Shown piece by piece: positions 9,783 through 18,064 of a stretch of DNA of 48,209 nt. The stretch is from an uncultured Lentimicrobiaceae bacterium. Its GTDB lineage: Bacteria > Bacteroidota > Bacteroidia > Bacteroidales > UBA4417. Below the pieces are notes generated by a model. That model was given only the letters and a program-made list of their open reading frames with translations. It had not been told where the DNA came from and searched no databases. The DNA lies in the NCBI GenBank assembly GCA_964583325.1, contig CAZOXJ010000003.1, forward strand, positions 1 to 48,209, read 5' to 3'. The translations under genes were made by a program, and so were the position numbers. Position 1 is the stretch's first letter. Each line of letters starts with the position of its first letter.

Positions 9783-9909
9783 CTTCTATTTTGAAACCGG
9801 ACTCTGGTTTACCCTTGTAAAAATGTGGCTTAAATATAAATATGAGGAAGAATCTTTGTAAAAATAATTTTATTGAAGCTCTGTTTTGGGATTTCAGGCA
9901 AAATTACTG

Positions 9910-9917
9910 TAACTTTG
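9910..9917 (+). promoter_or_regulatory. Candidate -7 box (TAacTTTG)
   Basis: Exact TAnnTTTG match, 24 nt upstream of the ATG at 9941. Confidence 0.4.
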
Positions 9918-9940
9918 AAATGCAATAATATCACAGGATT

Positions 9941-11089
9941 ATGTTAAAAAAACTCTTTCTTACTGCGTTCCTGATGCTGATGCTATACGGAATTAAAGCA
10001 CAAATCAATGTTAGTAAAGTAGGTTCCGCTGGAATCAATACTTCTTCCGAAGGTTTATTTTACGCTCTGCCTCAAACAGTTATACAGGTGGATATTGTTG
10101 TAAATAAAGTACAGAAAGTTAAAGGGCCGTTTGCCGAATATGCCGACCAGATGCTTGGTTTGTCGCAGGTTACTTCAGTAAACAGCACCGAATATGAACT
10201 TAAAGATATCCGGCTGACATCGTATATTGAACCAGATCCGGCTGAGTATTATTTTATCCAGATGCCAGCAAAACAGAAAGAAAAAAAAGCAATTGAGTTA
10301 TTCTTATCCGGCGACGGAATTATATCCGGTGTTGGATCCCCGGCCCAGCCAGCAGTGGACAAAAAGCAACGCTCCATCGACCTGAGTACCTCCAATGTTG
10401 ACATTCCTGAATTTGCAAATCCAAGTGTATTTGAACGCATGGATACGGTAATTAAACGAATAAGCCTGGATACAACTATTATCGAACAGAAATTTTTCAG
10501 GAAGACCTCGGCTGCTAAATCTGTTGAACAAAAAGCCCGGGAAGCTGCAGAATTTATCTTAAAACTTGATGAAAGCATGTACAACCTAATCAATGGTTAC
10601 CAGGAAGTTAACTATGAAAAAGGCACCATGGAGTTTATGTATAACCAGATGAACAGCATGAAACTGGACTACCTCGAACTTTTTAAGGGAGTAACCAGCA
10701 TTTCGCCTGAGAAATTTACTTTTTATTATGTTGCCGATAAAAACAATCCTGTTGAAACGCTTTGCAGGTTTTCGATCAGCAAGGGAATTCTTCCCAAAAC
10801 TTCTGCTTCAGGCGATTTAATTCAAATTCAGGCTACCGGCATGAATAAAACGAATGCATTAAAAGCGGATACTGAAAAAATGAATATGGGCCAGCGCGAA
10901 TCGCATGGTTTATATTATCGAATTCCGGATAAAGCGAGTGTAGCTGTAAAAGTAGGAGGGCAGGCAAAACTTGAATCTCAGTTTGTAATTAACCAGTTTG
11001 GTGTTATAACTTTTTTACCAGCAACGAGTATCAGAAATATTGGAATCGACAACAATACAGGCACTGTTAAACGCGTTGTATTGGAATAA
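9941..11089 (+). CDS. Secreted protein of unknown function (possibly the DUF4831 family)
   Basis: Signal peptide 'MLKKLFLTAFLMLMLYGIKAQ'; 382 aa, no catalytic motif recognised. The family name is a recollection of a Bacteroidota-restricted ~350-aa family and is unverified. Confidence 0.45.
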   Translation: MLKKLFLTAFLMLMLYGIKAQINVSKVGSAGINTSSEGLFYALPQTVIQVDIVVNKVQKVKGPFAEYADQMLGLSQVTSVNSTEYELKDIRLTSYIEPDPAEYYFIQMPAKQKEKKAIELFLSGDGIISGVGSPAQPAVDKKQRSIDLSTSNVDIPEFANPSVFERMDTVIKRISLDTTIIEQKFFRKTSAAKSVEQKAREAAEFILKLDESMYNLINGYQEVNYEKGTMEFMYNQMNSMKLDYLELFKGVTSISPEKFTFYYVADKNNPVETLCRFSISKGILPKTSASGDLIQIQATGMNKTNALKADTEKMNMGQRESHGLYYRIPDKASVAVKVGGQAKLESQFVINQFGVITFLPATSIRNIGIDNNTGTVKRVVLE

Positions 11090-11132
11090 AACGCAAATTT
11101 CCTCCTGAAACAAAACGATCTAAAGCTGCTGG

Positions 11133-11753
11133 ATGCACTACAAAGAATTAATTTCCAAAGCATTGCGAATTTCACTGATTCCAAGTATCCAGTGGAAGGA
11201 AATAAAAAACGAGAAAGATACTTCCAAAGAACTGATGTGGAATTTTGCATTCCCTGTTATTCTGTTTAGCGCAATTGGACGTGATATTGGTTTACTTTTT
11301 GTCGCAAAATCAGTGCTCGGATATTCATTTAACCTTGCCTTACTGCTTCTTTTTAATCTCGTTTCCTGGGTTGTAATTCCTTATCTGCTGATAATTTTTG
11401 CAGCATATCTGCTCAATTTTACTTTGCCCAGGCTTGGGATTGAAACGGATTATTTACGGATCCTGAAATTGGTGGTTTATACCTTTACTCCACTTTTTAT
11501 AGTAACATTTTTTGTATACCTGCATCCTTTATTACGGATACTGATACCAATTGGCATATACATTTTTATAGCCTACACACTATATGTATTCTGGTATGGC
11601 GTTCAGGAATTATTTGATATCACCCTTGAGAAAAAGCTCCGGTTTATTGTAATTACGATTTTGGTAGGATTCGTAATAATTTTCCTTGCACAACACATTT
11701 ACGGGTTGCTTTTAGGCTGGGTAATGCCGGGAATGGAAGCTTATGTAAAATAG
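11133..11753 (+). CDS. Yip1-domain integral membrane protein
   Basis: 206 aa: a soluble ~35-aa N-terminus followed by five hydrophobic helices, the typical bacterial Yip1/DUF1282 layout. Confidence 0.55.
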   Translation: MHYKELISKALRISLIPSIQWKEIKNEKDTSKELMWNFAFPVILFSAIGRDIGLLFVAKSVLGYSFNLALLLLFNLVSWVVIPYLLIIFAAYLLNFTLPRLGIETDYLRILKLVVYTFTPLFIVTFFVYLHPLLRILIPIGIYIFIAYTLYVFWYGVQELFDITLEKKLRFIVITILVGFVIIFLAQHIYGLLLGWVMPGMEAYVK

Positions 11754-11756
11754 TTT

Positions 11757-12572
11757 TCAGAGTGCTTTTTTAAGTCTGACCAGTTCGCCCAGTAACGCAT
11801 CCATTAAATCGAGCCGGAGCATGTTTGCGCCATCCGATTTAGCTTTTGAGGGATCAGGATGGGTTTCCATAAAAAGACCTTCAACACCAGCTGTTATACC
11901 AAGTTTAGCCATAAGTGGAATCAAATCAGGACGACCACCGGTAACTCCAGCCGGTTGATTCGGCTGCTGAAGCGAATGTGTTACATCCAGTACTACCGGA
12001 ACTCCAGCCTGCTGCATAACCGGAATATTTCTAAAATCGACTACAAGATCCGTATAACCGAATGTAGTACCGCGTTCGGTGAGCATAACTTTATTGTTAC
12101 CGGTTTCCCTTACCTTTTCTACAGCAAAATGCATGGTTTCGGCTGACGAAAACTGACCTTTTTTAATATTAACCACTTTGCCTGTTTCACCGGCAGCAAC
12201 CAGTAATTCGCTCTGCCTGCAAAGAAATGCAGGAATCTGAAGCACATCCACATAACCGGCTGCCAGTTTCGCATCACTCTCGCTGTGAATATCACTAACT
12301 ACCGGCACGTTAAACTTTTGCCTGATAGCGGCAAGTATTTCGAGTGCTTTTTCGTCGCCGATTCCAGTAAATGAAGAACTTTTCGACCGGTTTGCTTTTC
12401 GGTATGAGGCTTTAAAAATAAAAGGAATCTGATATTTATCAGTCAGTTCAACAAGTATTTTTGCTATTTCGAATGGGCTTTCGGTATCCTCGATTACGCA
12501 AGGACCAGCAAGCAGAAAGAAATTGCCGCTTTCGGTAAATTTGATCAGTGGAATTTGATTGATAATATTCAT
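11757..12572 (-). CDS. kdsA: 3-deoxy-8-phosphooctulonate (KDO-8-P) synthase
   Basis: 'LLAGPCVIE', 'FKASYRKANRS', 'QIPAFLCRQSELL', 'NIKKGQF', 'LDVTHSLQQP'. Confidence 0.93.
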   Translation of the reverse strand: MNIINQIPLIKFTESGNFFLLAGPCVIEDTESPFEIAKILVELTDKYQIPFIFKASYRKANRSKSSSFTGIGDEKALEILAAIRQKFNVPVVSDIHSESDAKLAAGYVDVLQIPAFLCRQSELLVAAGETGKVVNIKKGQFSSAETMHFAVEKVRETGNNKVMLTERGTTFGYTDLVVDFRNIPVMQQAGVPVVLDVTHSLQQPNQPAGVTGGRPDLIPLMAKLGITAGVEGLFMETHPDPSKAKSDGANMLRLDLMDALLGELVRLKKAL

Positions 12573-12665
12573 ACAATTGCGATTAACTAATTTAAAATCA
12601 AGCGTTTTTGTTTTGTATTATGGCTTATAGTATCCTGGTGAGGTCAGGCAATTATTACATTCACG

Positions 12666-13940
12666 TTAATAACTATATTTTTCACCCCAGTTTTTCCGAA
12701 GTTTTTCCCGAGCTTCATGTTCCCGGGCATTATGTCCGGGATCATAAAATTTTATTCCATTTATTTTTTCAGGCAGAAACTCGAGATTAACAAAATTTCC
12801 ATCGTATTGGTGTGCATACTTATATTCGGAGCCATAACCAATATTCTTCATCAGCTTGGTAGGAGCATTTCGCAGATGAAGAGGTACCGGAAGGTCGCCG
12901 AACTTCTGAACTGTCGCCATAGCGTCCTCAATGGCCATATACGAGGCATTGCTTTTAGCTGAACATGCCAGGTATATTGCAGTTTGCGATAAAATGATCC
13001 TGCTTTCAGGGAAACCGATCTTGTTAACCGCATCAAAGCAATTATTAGCCAGTACCAAAGCTGTTGGATTAGCATTACCAATATCTTCCGCTGCCAGTAT
13101 TACCATTCGCCGGGCAATGAAAAGCGGATCTTCGCCGGCTGTTACCATTCGCGCAAGCCAGTAAACTGCCCCATTTGGATCACTTCCCCGCATCGATTTA
13201 ATAAAAGCCGATATCACATCGTAATGCATTTCGCCTGATTTGTCGTATAAAGCCAGGTTTTTTTGAATGATTTTCAGCGTATTCTCGTTATTAATTTCGA
13301 TGTTGCTGCCCGAAGTTAATAGGGAAGAAACAATTATATCAATGGCATTGAGCAACTTGCGGGCATCACCTCCCGATATTCGCATCAGCGCTTCATTTTC
13401 CCTGATATCAATATTTACACCATAGATACCACTTAAAGTATCAGTGGCTTTCTTCATGATTAAAACCAGGTCATCCTCTTCGAGTGATTTTAAAATATAA
13501 ACCTGGCATCGCGAAAGCAAGGGCGAAATAACTTCGAAAGATGGATTTTCGGTTGTTGCGCCTATTAAAATTACAATTCCTTTTTCGACGGCTCCTAAAA
13601 GAGAATCCTGCTGCGATTTGCTGAACCTATGAATTTCATCAATGAACAGAATGGGTTGCGATTCGTCGTTCCTTGCTTTTTCGATAACTTCCCTAACATC
13701 TTTTACTCCTGAATTAACAGCACTCAGTGTATAAAATTGCCTGCCGGTAGCATTGGCAATAATAAGTGCAAGGGTTGTTTTACCAACACCTGGCGGCCCC
13801 CAAAAAATCATTGAATGAACCGGACCTCCGTCAACCATTTTCCTGAATGCGCTTTCGGCTGACATCAGATGCTGCTGCCCTATGTATTCTTCAGCGTTTT
13901 TAGGCCTGAGAATCTCAGCTAATGGAATCTGTGTGCTCAT
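12666..13940 (-). CDS. rarA: Replication-associated recombination protein A (AAA+ ATPase)
   Basis: Walker A 'GPPGVGKTTLA', Walker B/sensor 'LFIDEIHRFSKSQQD', MgsA C-terminal region 'YDVISAFIKSMRGSDPNGAVYWLARM'. Confidence 0.93.
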   Translation of the reverse strand: MSTQIPLAEILRPKNAEEYIGQQHLMSAESAFRKMVDGGPVHSMIFWGPPGVGKTTLALIIANATGRQFYTLSAVNSGVKDVREVIEKARNDESQPILFIDEIHRFSKSQQDSLLGAVEKGIVILIGATTENPSFEVISPLLSRCQVYILKSLEEDDLVLIMKKATDTLSGIYGVNIDIRENEALMRISGGDARKLLNAIDIIVSSLLTSGSNIEINNENTLKIIQKNLALYDKSGEMHYDVISAFIKSMRGSDPNGAVYWLARMVTAGEDPLFIARRMVILAAEDIGNANPTALVLANNCFDAVNKIGFPESRIILSQTAIYLACSAKSNASYMAIEDAMATVQKFGDLPVPLHLRNAPTKLMKNIGYGSEYKYAHQYDGNFVNLEFLPEKINGIKFYDPGHNAREHEAREKLRKNWGEKYSY

Positions 13941-13953
13941 TTAAAAAGTAAAA

Positions 13954-16098
13954 TTATTCAGTTACAGAATTATGATTGTTTCCGCTTGATTTGCGTTTGA
14001 AATTACCCAGGTAGGAAAACCTGTCAATATTTTCCTGTATAGGCGAAATATCCAGCCCGTCCAGAGATGCTGACAGTGATTGTGATTCGACAGCTCTTTG
14101 TTCAGGATAGATAATTACAAAATTTTTGTTTTCGTAATATCGGGCCAGGTCGCGGGGCATATGGTCAAAATAATGATTGAACGAAAGCGTACGCCGTCTT
14201 GCAGCTATAACTACAAACAAGTCCTGTGAAGTAACAGTTTGAGCCATTTCAGTGATAGGGTGTGTTGAATTTATTACCTTATATTCGATTTGAAGGTTAG
14301 CCGGATTGGTAACAAAGAAAGCAGGGATTTCAGAAATGGATTTTTTAAAACCCGAAAACAGCAACAGCGAACTTGTGCGGGTAGCTAAAACTTCAAGTGT
14401 TTTGAGCCATGTGCCAAAACCTGCTTCACATTCAGCATTTTCAGGTATCGAAACTACAATCCGATTGGTCGTATTCAATGGATTTGTGGCTTTAACAACG
14501 ATAACCATTTGCTCGGTACTTGCAATCAGATTTTCGATTATACTGCCAAAGAAAAAGTTTGTAGTAGTAATTTTTCCATTCCAACCCAGTATAACTTTAT
14601 TGATCATTAACTCCTTTACAGCCCGGTTTATTCCATTAGCAACATTCAGATCAACACGGGATACCAATGAAAGTTTTACATCCGAAGCGGCAGCATGCGA
14701 AATGGCCGATTCAAACATTTTATTATTCCTGGCAATCTGTTCCAGGGCAAATGCATCGTCAGGAACAACCGAAAGCATATAAACTGATTGTTGTGTTTGT
14801 AACTCACGGATGAGGATAGAAAAATCTATCAATCCTTCGATGGTATCAGGATTTGATACCGAAACAAGGATTCGTTCAGGTTTTCCAAATTCGACGGGAA
14901 CCTTTTCAGCTTCTGCAATAGCTAGTTTCCGACCTGACCGTTCGGTTACAAATGATCCGATAAAGCACGAAATGAGTATAATCATGATCGCACCGTTAAG
15001 TACATCTAATCCTATAATTTTTAAATCATAACCAACTATCACAACTGCTATTATTGCTGCTGCATGTGATACGCTTAACCCAAAGATAACTTGCCGCTCA
15101 GTGTTTGTGTACTTGTAAATTAATTGTGTTACCCAGGCTGCTGCATATTTGCTTGTAATTGCTACAACTACCAGAGTAATTCCAAAAACCAAAGCTCCTA
15201 TTCCATTTGTGAAAACGCTGAAATCGACCATAAGCCCGACGCTGATCAGGAAAATAGGGATAAAGAAGTTATTCCCGATAAAGGAAATGCGATTCATTAA
15301 AGCAGAAGTATGCGGTATCAGTTTATTCATGGCCAGGCCAGCCAGAAATGCTCCGATGATAGGCTCGATTCCTGCTGCACGCGCCAGCAGACCTGAAATA
15401 TAAAGAATGGCCAGTACAAAAATATATTGAGAACCACTTTCTCCTTCGAGATTTTTAAAAAACCAGACACTTATCTTAGGAACACCCCAAAGAATGAGGA
15501 AAGAAAATACGGAAAGGGAGAGGATCATACGGATCCAAAACATTAATGTAAATGATCCGTCAGTTGCGGCAGAAATAAATGCCAGTAAAACAAGTACTGC
15601 AGTATCGGTAATAATTGTGCCACCAATAGTTATTGTAACAGCTTCACTTCGCGTTATGCCCAACCGGCTGGCAATAGGGTAGGAGATAAGCGTATGTGTA
15701 GAGAACATGCTTGCTATAAGCAGAGAAGCCAGCAGTGAATATGAAAGTAGGAAATGGGCGACAAAAAAACCAAGAATAAGGGGAATAAAGAAAGTAAGAG
15801 CTCCAAAAACCAGACTCTTATTGCGGTTCCGCATTAAATCGCGTGAATTTAGCTCTAAACCCGCCAGAAACATCAGGTACAGCAAACCTGCTGTACTTAA
15901 TAGTTTGATGCTTTCGCCGAATTCAACCAGGTTCATCCCATGAGGGCCAATAATTATCCCTGAAATAATCAGACCTATGATACCCGGGATCCTGAATTTT
16001 TTAAATACGATAGGAGCAAGAAGAATAATTGTAATCAGAATCGTAAAAACAATAACCGGTTCATTGAAGGGAAGATCTGGCAAATGAAACGACAACAT
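13954..16098 (-). CDS. Cation:proton antiporter (CPA family Na+/H+ exchanger domain) with a ~300-aa cytoplasmic C-terminal extension
   Basis: The first ~390 aa are polytopic, with Na_H_exchanger-like segments. The C-terminal half ('ERILVSVSNPDTIEGLIDF...', 'NRIVVSIPENAE...') looks like tandem alpha/beta (USP-like) regulatory modules. Confidence 0.82.
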   Translation of the reverse strand: MLSFHLPDLPFNEPVIVFTILITIILLAPIVFKKFRIPGIIGLIISGIIIGPHGMNLVEFGESIKLLSTAGLLYLMFLAGLELNSRDLMRNRNKSLVFGALTFFIPLILGFFVAHFLLSYSLLASLLIASMFSTHTLISYPIASRLGITRSEAVTITIGGTIITDTAVLVLLAFISAATDGSFTLMFWIRMILSLSVFSFLILWGVPKISVWFFKNLEGESGSQYIFVLAILYISGLLARAAGIEPIIGAFLAGLAMNKLIPHTSALMNRISFIGNNFFIPIFLISVGLMVDFSVFTNGIGALVFGITLVVVAITSKYAAAWVTQLIYKYTNTERQVIFGLSVSHAAAIIAVVIVGYDLKIIGLDVLNGAIMIILISCFIGSFVTERSGRKLAIAEAEKVPVEFGKPERILVSVSNPDTIEGLIDFSILIRELQTQQSVYMLSVVPDDAFALEQIARNNKMFESAISHAAASDVKLSLVSRVDLNVANGINRAVKELMINKVILGWNGKITTTNFFFGSIIENLIASTEQMVIVVKATNPLNTTNRIVVSIPENAECEAGFGTWLKTLEVLATRTSSLLLFSGFKKSISEIPAFFVTNPANLQIEYKVINSTHPITEMAQTVTSQDLFVVIAARRRTLSFNHYFDHMPRDLARYYENKNFVIIYPEQRAVESQSLSASLDGLDISPIQENIDRFSYLGNFKRKSSGNNHNSVTE

Positions 16099-16121
16099 GC
16101 TCGGAGTGTTTTTATATTGTG

Positions 16122-16129
16122 CAAATGTA
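16122..16129 (-). promoter_or_regulatory. Candidate -7 box (TAcaTTTG on the minus strand) for the antiporter-rarA(-kdsA) transcription unit
   Basis: Plus-strand CAAATGTA is the reverse complement of TAnnTTTG; it lies 23 nt upstream of the minus-strand ATG at 16098. Confidence 0.4.
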
Positions 16130-16414
16130 AGTCAATTGAACGGATTTAGGCACTTATATCAGGTAGAAGCATTCGATGCTTAAATGATGAAATATGACTA
16201 AAAATTTTAAAAAAATAATTTTTAAACTGTCGATTTTATTAATAAAATGATGAAAAAACCATCAGAAATAGGTGAAAAAGAGAAAAGAAATCAGGTTATT
16301 AACAATTTATTTGAGGTTGTTAATATCTTTTTTCAATAAAAATACTTTATATAGCACTGATTATCAATAATATATATTATATGTTAAAAAAACTTAATTT
16401 TTTTTTGTTGAAAG

Positions 16415-16446
16415 TTTGATTGACATTATAAATAGGTGTACTTTTG
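16415..16446 (+). promoter_or_regulatory. Near-consensus Bacteroidota promoter (-33 TTTG, 20-nt spacer, -7 TActTTTG) for the small lipoprotein gene
   Basis: TTTG at 16415-16418 and TACTTTTG at 16439-16446, preceded by ~300 bp of very AT-rich sequence with A/T tracts. The ATG is at 16472. Confidence 0.55.
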
Positions 16447-16471
16447 CACCGTTTTTTAACTAATCTAAGTC

Positions 16472-16696
16472 ATGAAAAAATTATTTGCAATGTTAGTAGT
16501 AGCTGGTATGGTAGGTTTTGTAGCTTGCGGCCCCAGCGCAGAAGAAAAAGCTGAAAAAGCTCGTCTTGATTCAATCGCTTTAGCCGATTCATTGAACAAT
16601 GTAGCAATTGAACAAGCTCGTATAGCTGATTCAACAGCACAGGCTGCAGTTGAAGCTGCTCACGCAGATTCAGTAGCTCAAGGTCTTATCAAGTAA
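16472..16696 (+). CDS. Small (74 aa) Ala-rich helical lipoprotein
   Basis: Signal peptide and lipobox-like 'MKKLFAMLVVAGMVGFVA|C'. The mature 56 aa are A/E/D/S/Q-rich, carry repeated (A/L)DS motifs and end in Lys. The gene is bracketed by its own promoter and terminator. Confidence 0.7.
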   Translation: MKKLFAMLVVAGMVGFVACGPSAEEKAEKARLDSIALADSLNNVAIEQARIADSTAQAAVEAAHADSVAQGLIK

Positions 16697-16720
16697 TAAT
16701 TACCCTCTTGATTGACAACT

Positions 16721-16749
16721 AAAAAGGAGTGCTTTGCACTCCTTTTTTA
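16721..16749 (+). terminator. Rho-independent terminator after the small lipoprotein gene
   Basis: AAAAAGGAGTGC-ttt-GCACTCCTTTTT: GC core stem GGAGTGC/GCACTCC flanked by an A-run and a T-run. Confidence 0.8.
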
Positions 16750-16766
16750 GTTTAAAACAGTTTACA

Positions 16767-16774
16767 TACTTTTG
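16767..16774 (+). promoter_or_regulatory. Candidate -7 box (TActTTTG) upstream of the rhodanese gene
   Basis: Exact TAnnTTTG match, 47 nt upstream of the ATG at 16821. Confidence 0.4.
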
Positions 16775-16820
16775 CAGATCGCTGGCGTATATTTATTGGC
16801 CTGCATTCATCCCAATTTCC

Positions 16821-17141
16821 ATGAAGCATATAGATACTCACGACCTGAAAGTAAAAATTGACAAGCATGAATCTTTTCAACTGATCGATACCCGCGATGC
16901 TGAAAAGTTTAATGAGTGTCATATAGAAGGGGCAATAAATATACCCCAGATTTATCTTCCGGAAATGATCCACTTGATTTCGAAAGAAATACCTGTGATC
17001 ATTTATTGCTTGTATGGTGTTAAAAGCCAGGCGCCATATTTGTTTCTGACCGAAAAATTAAAATTCAAAAACATTTATATACTTGAAGGCGGATTGTTTC
17101 AATGGGCAAATGATTTCGATCCGTCAATGCCGGTTCTATAA
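16821..17141 (+). CDS. Single-domain rhodanese-like protein
   Basis: 'FQLIDTRDAEKFNECHIEGAINIP' and the active-site-loop Cys in 'VIIYCLYGVKSQ'. Start set at the ATG at 16821, because the upstream part of the track ORF runs through the terminator and promoter. Confidence 0.75.
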   Translation: MKHIDTHDLKVKIDKHESFQLIDTRDAEKFNECHIEGAINIPQIYLPEMIHLISKEIPVIIYCLYGVKSQAPYLFLTEKLKFKNIYILEGGLFQWANDFDPSMPVL

Positions 17142-17151
17142 ATGATTGCTG

Positions 17152-17964
17152 TTATCCCAAATTTATACCTATTCCCAGGAAAACTCTATACATAATGAAA
17201 ATTACAATAGTTCCCACTACAAGTTTCAGGTGCAGTTTTATCGATTTTTCCGTTTCTTCAAAATAAAATACAGGAAAACGGCCAATTCCCCAAAATAAAG
17301 GAAGCAGCACAAACACCGGGATTATCAACATCAGGTTTTCATAAAGTGTTGTTGGGTACTTAAGTACCATCAGAATAAAAGTGGATAAAAAAAATGGTAA
17401 TATAAACTGATCTCTTCGGAAAGTGGGCCGCATTCCGGGGGAAAGAAATTTAAAATATATATTAGCTGTAAATAAAAATGGTTTCACCATTGCCATTCCA
17501 ATAGCTATCAGCAGCAGCAATCCGGTAAACAATAGAAGCATTTTAGCCGTATCAGCCAGATAGAGGTAACTCAGCACTATTCCAAATCCCTCGAAATTAA
17601 AAGCTCCTATTATAAATGAGCCTAAGAGCATTGAAATGGTGTGTATAAAACCCCAAACAAAAAACAAACGAAGAAATCCGTCAAACTCAATTGCTTTAAA
17701 TATCACAACCAAAAAAGTTATCGAAAGCAGGAAAAGGAGCACATTCCCCGAACTGTAAATTACTTTTACCGAGTCAAAAGTCCAGGCTTCGGGGCGTACA
17801 TTAAATCCAATCCTGTTGTAATACAATGTATTAGGTATATCAAATACATTAGAGAAAATTATAGTTGTGAGTTGAAACAACATGTATACAAGCAGATACG
17901 CCAGCAGGTAAAATGCTGTTGAATTGATAATAATGAACAATGACTTGCGTTTCTCGACTTGCAT
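17152..17964 (-). CDS. Polytopic membrane protein of unknown function
   Basis: 270 aa, about 8 hydrophobic segments, no recognisable motif. Has its own candidate -7 box. Confidence 0.5.
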   Translation of the reverse strand: MQVEKRKSLFIIINSTAFYLLAYLLVYMLFQLTTIIFSNVFDIPNTLYYNRIGFNVRPEAWTFDSVKVIYSSGNVLLFLLSITFLVVIFKAIEFDGFLRLFFVWGFIHTISMLLGSFIIGAFNFEGFGIVLSYLYLADTAKMLLLFTGLLLLIAIGMAMVKPFLFTANIYFKFLSPGMRPTFRRDQFILPFFLSTFILMVLKYPTTLYENLMLIIPVFVLLPLFWGIGRFPVFYFEETEKSIKLHLKLVVGTIVIFIMYRVFLGIGINLG

Positions 17965-17984
17965 GGGTTACTCTCAATGAATCA

Positions 17985-17992
17985 CAAAACTA
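17985..17992 (-). promoter_or_regulatory. Candidate -7 box (TAgtTTTG on the minus strand)
   Basis: Plus-strand CAAAACTA, 20 nt upstream of the minus-strand ATG at 17964. Confidence 0.4.
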
Positions 17993-18010
17993 AAACAGTT
18001 AAAGCAAAAT

Positions 18011-18043
18011 AAAAAATGCCCGGCATACAAACCGGGCATTTTT
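18011..18043 (-). terminator. Rho-independent terminator after the alpha-oxoamine synthase gene (symmetrical A-run/T-run, potentially bidirectional)
   Basis: AATGCCCGG / CCGGGCATT 9-bp stem, 8-nt loop, flanked by A6 on the left and T5 on the right. Confidence 0.75.
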
Positions 18044-18064
18044 AAATTTAAGCTACAGATTAAC

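Noticed and set aside
9706-9801. Long-range complementarity (TCCGGTTTgAAA ... TTTcAAACCGGA) enclosing the glnN terminator, considered as a possible structured ncRNA.
   Set aside because: Only 8+3 bp with mismatches, and no further covariation or conserved-motif evidence. It is adequately explained as terminator-flanking sequence.
16247-16339. 30-codon sORF (MMKKPSEIGEKEKRNQVINNLFEVVNIFFQ) in the AT-rich region upstream of the small lipoprotein. A 10-codon uORF also lies in the PiT leader (37962-37994).
   Set aside because: Short ORFs are expected by chance in AT-rich spacers. There is no promoter box, signal sequence or conservation evidence available.
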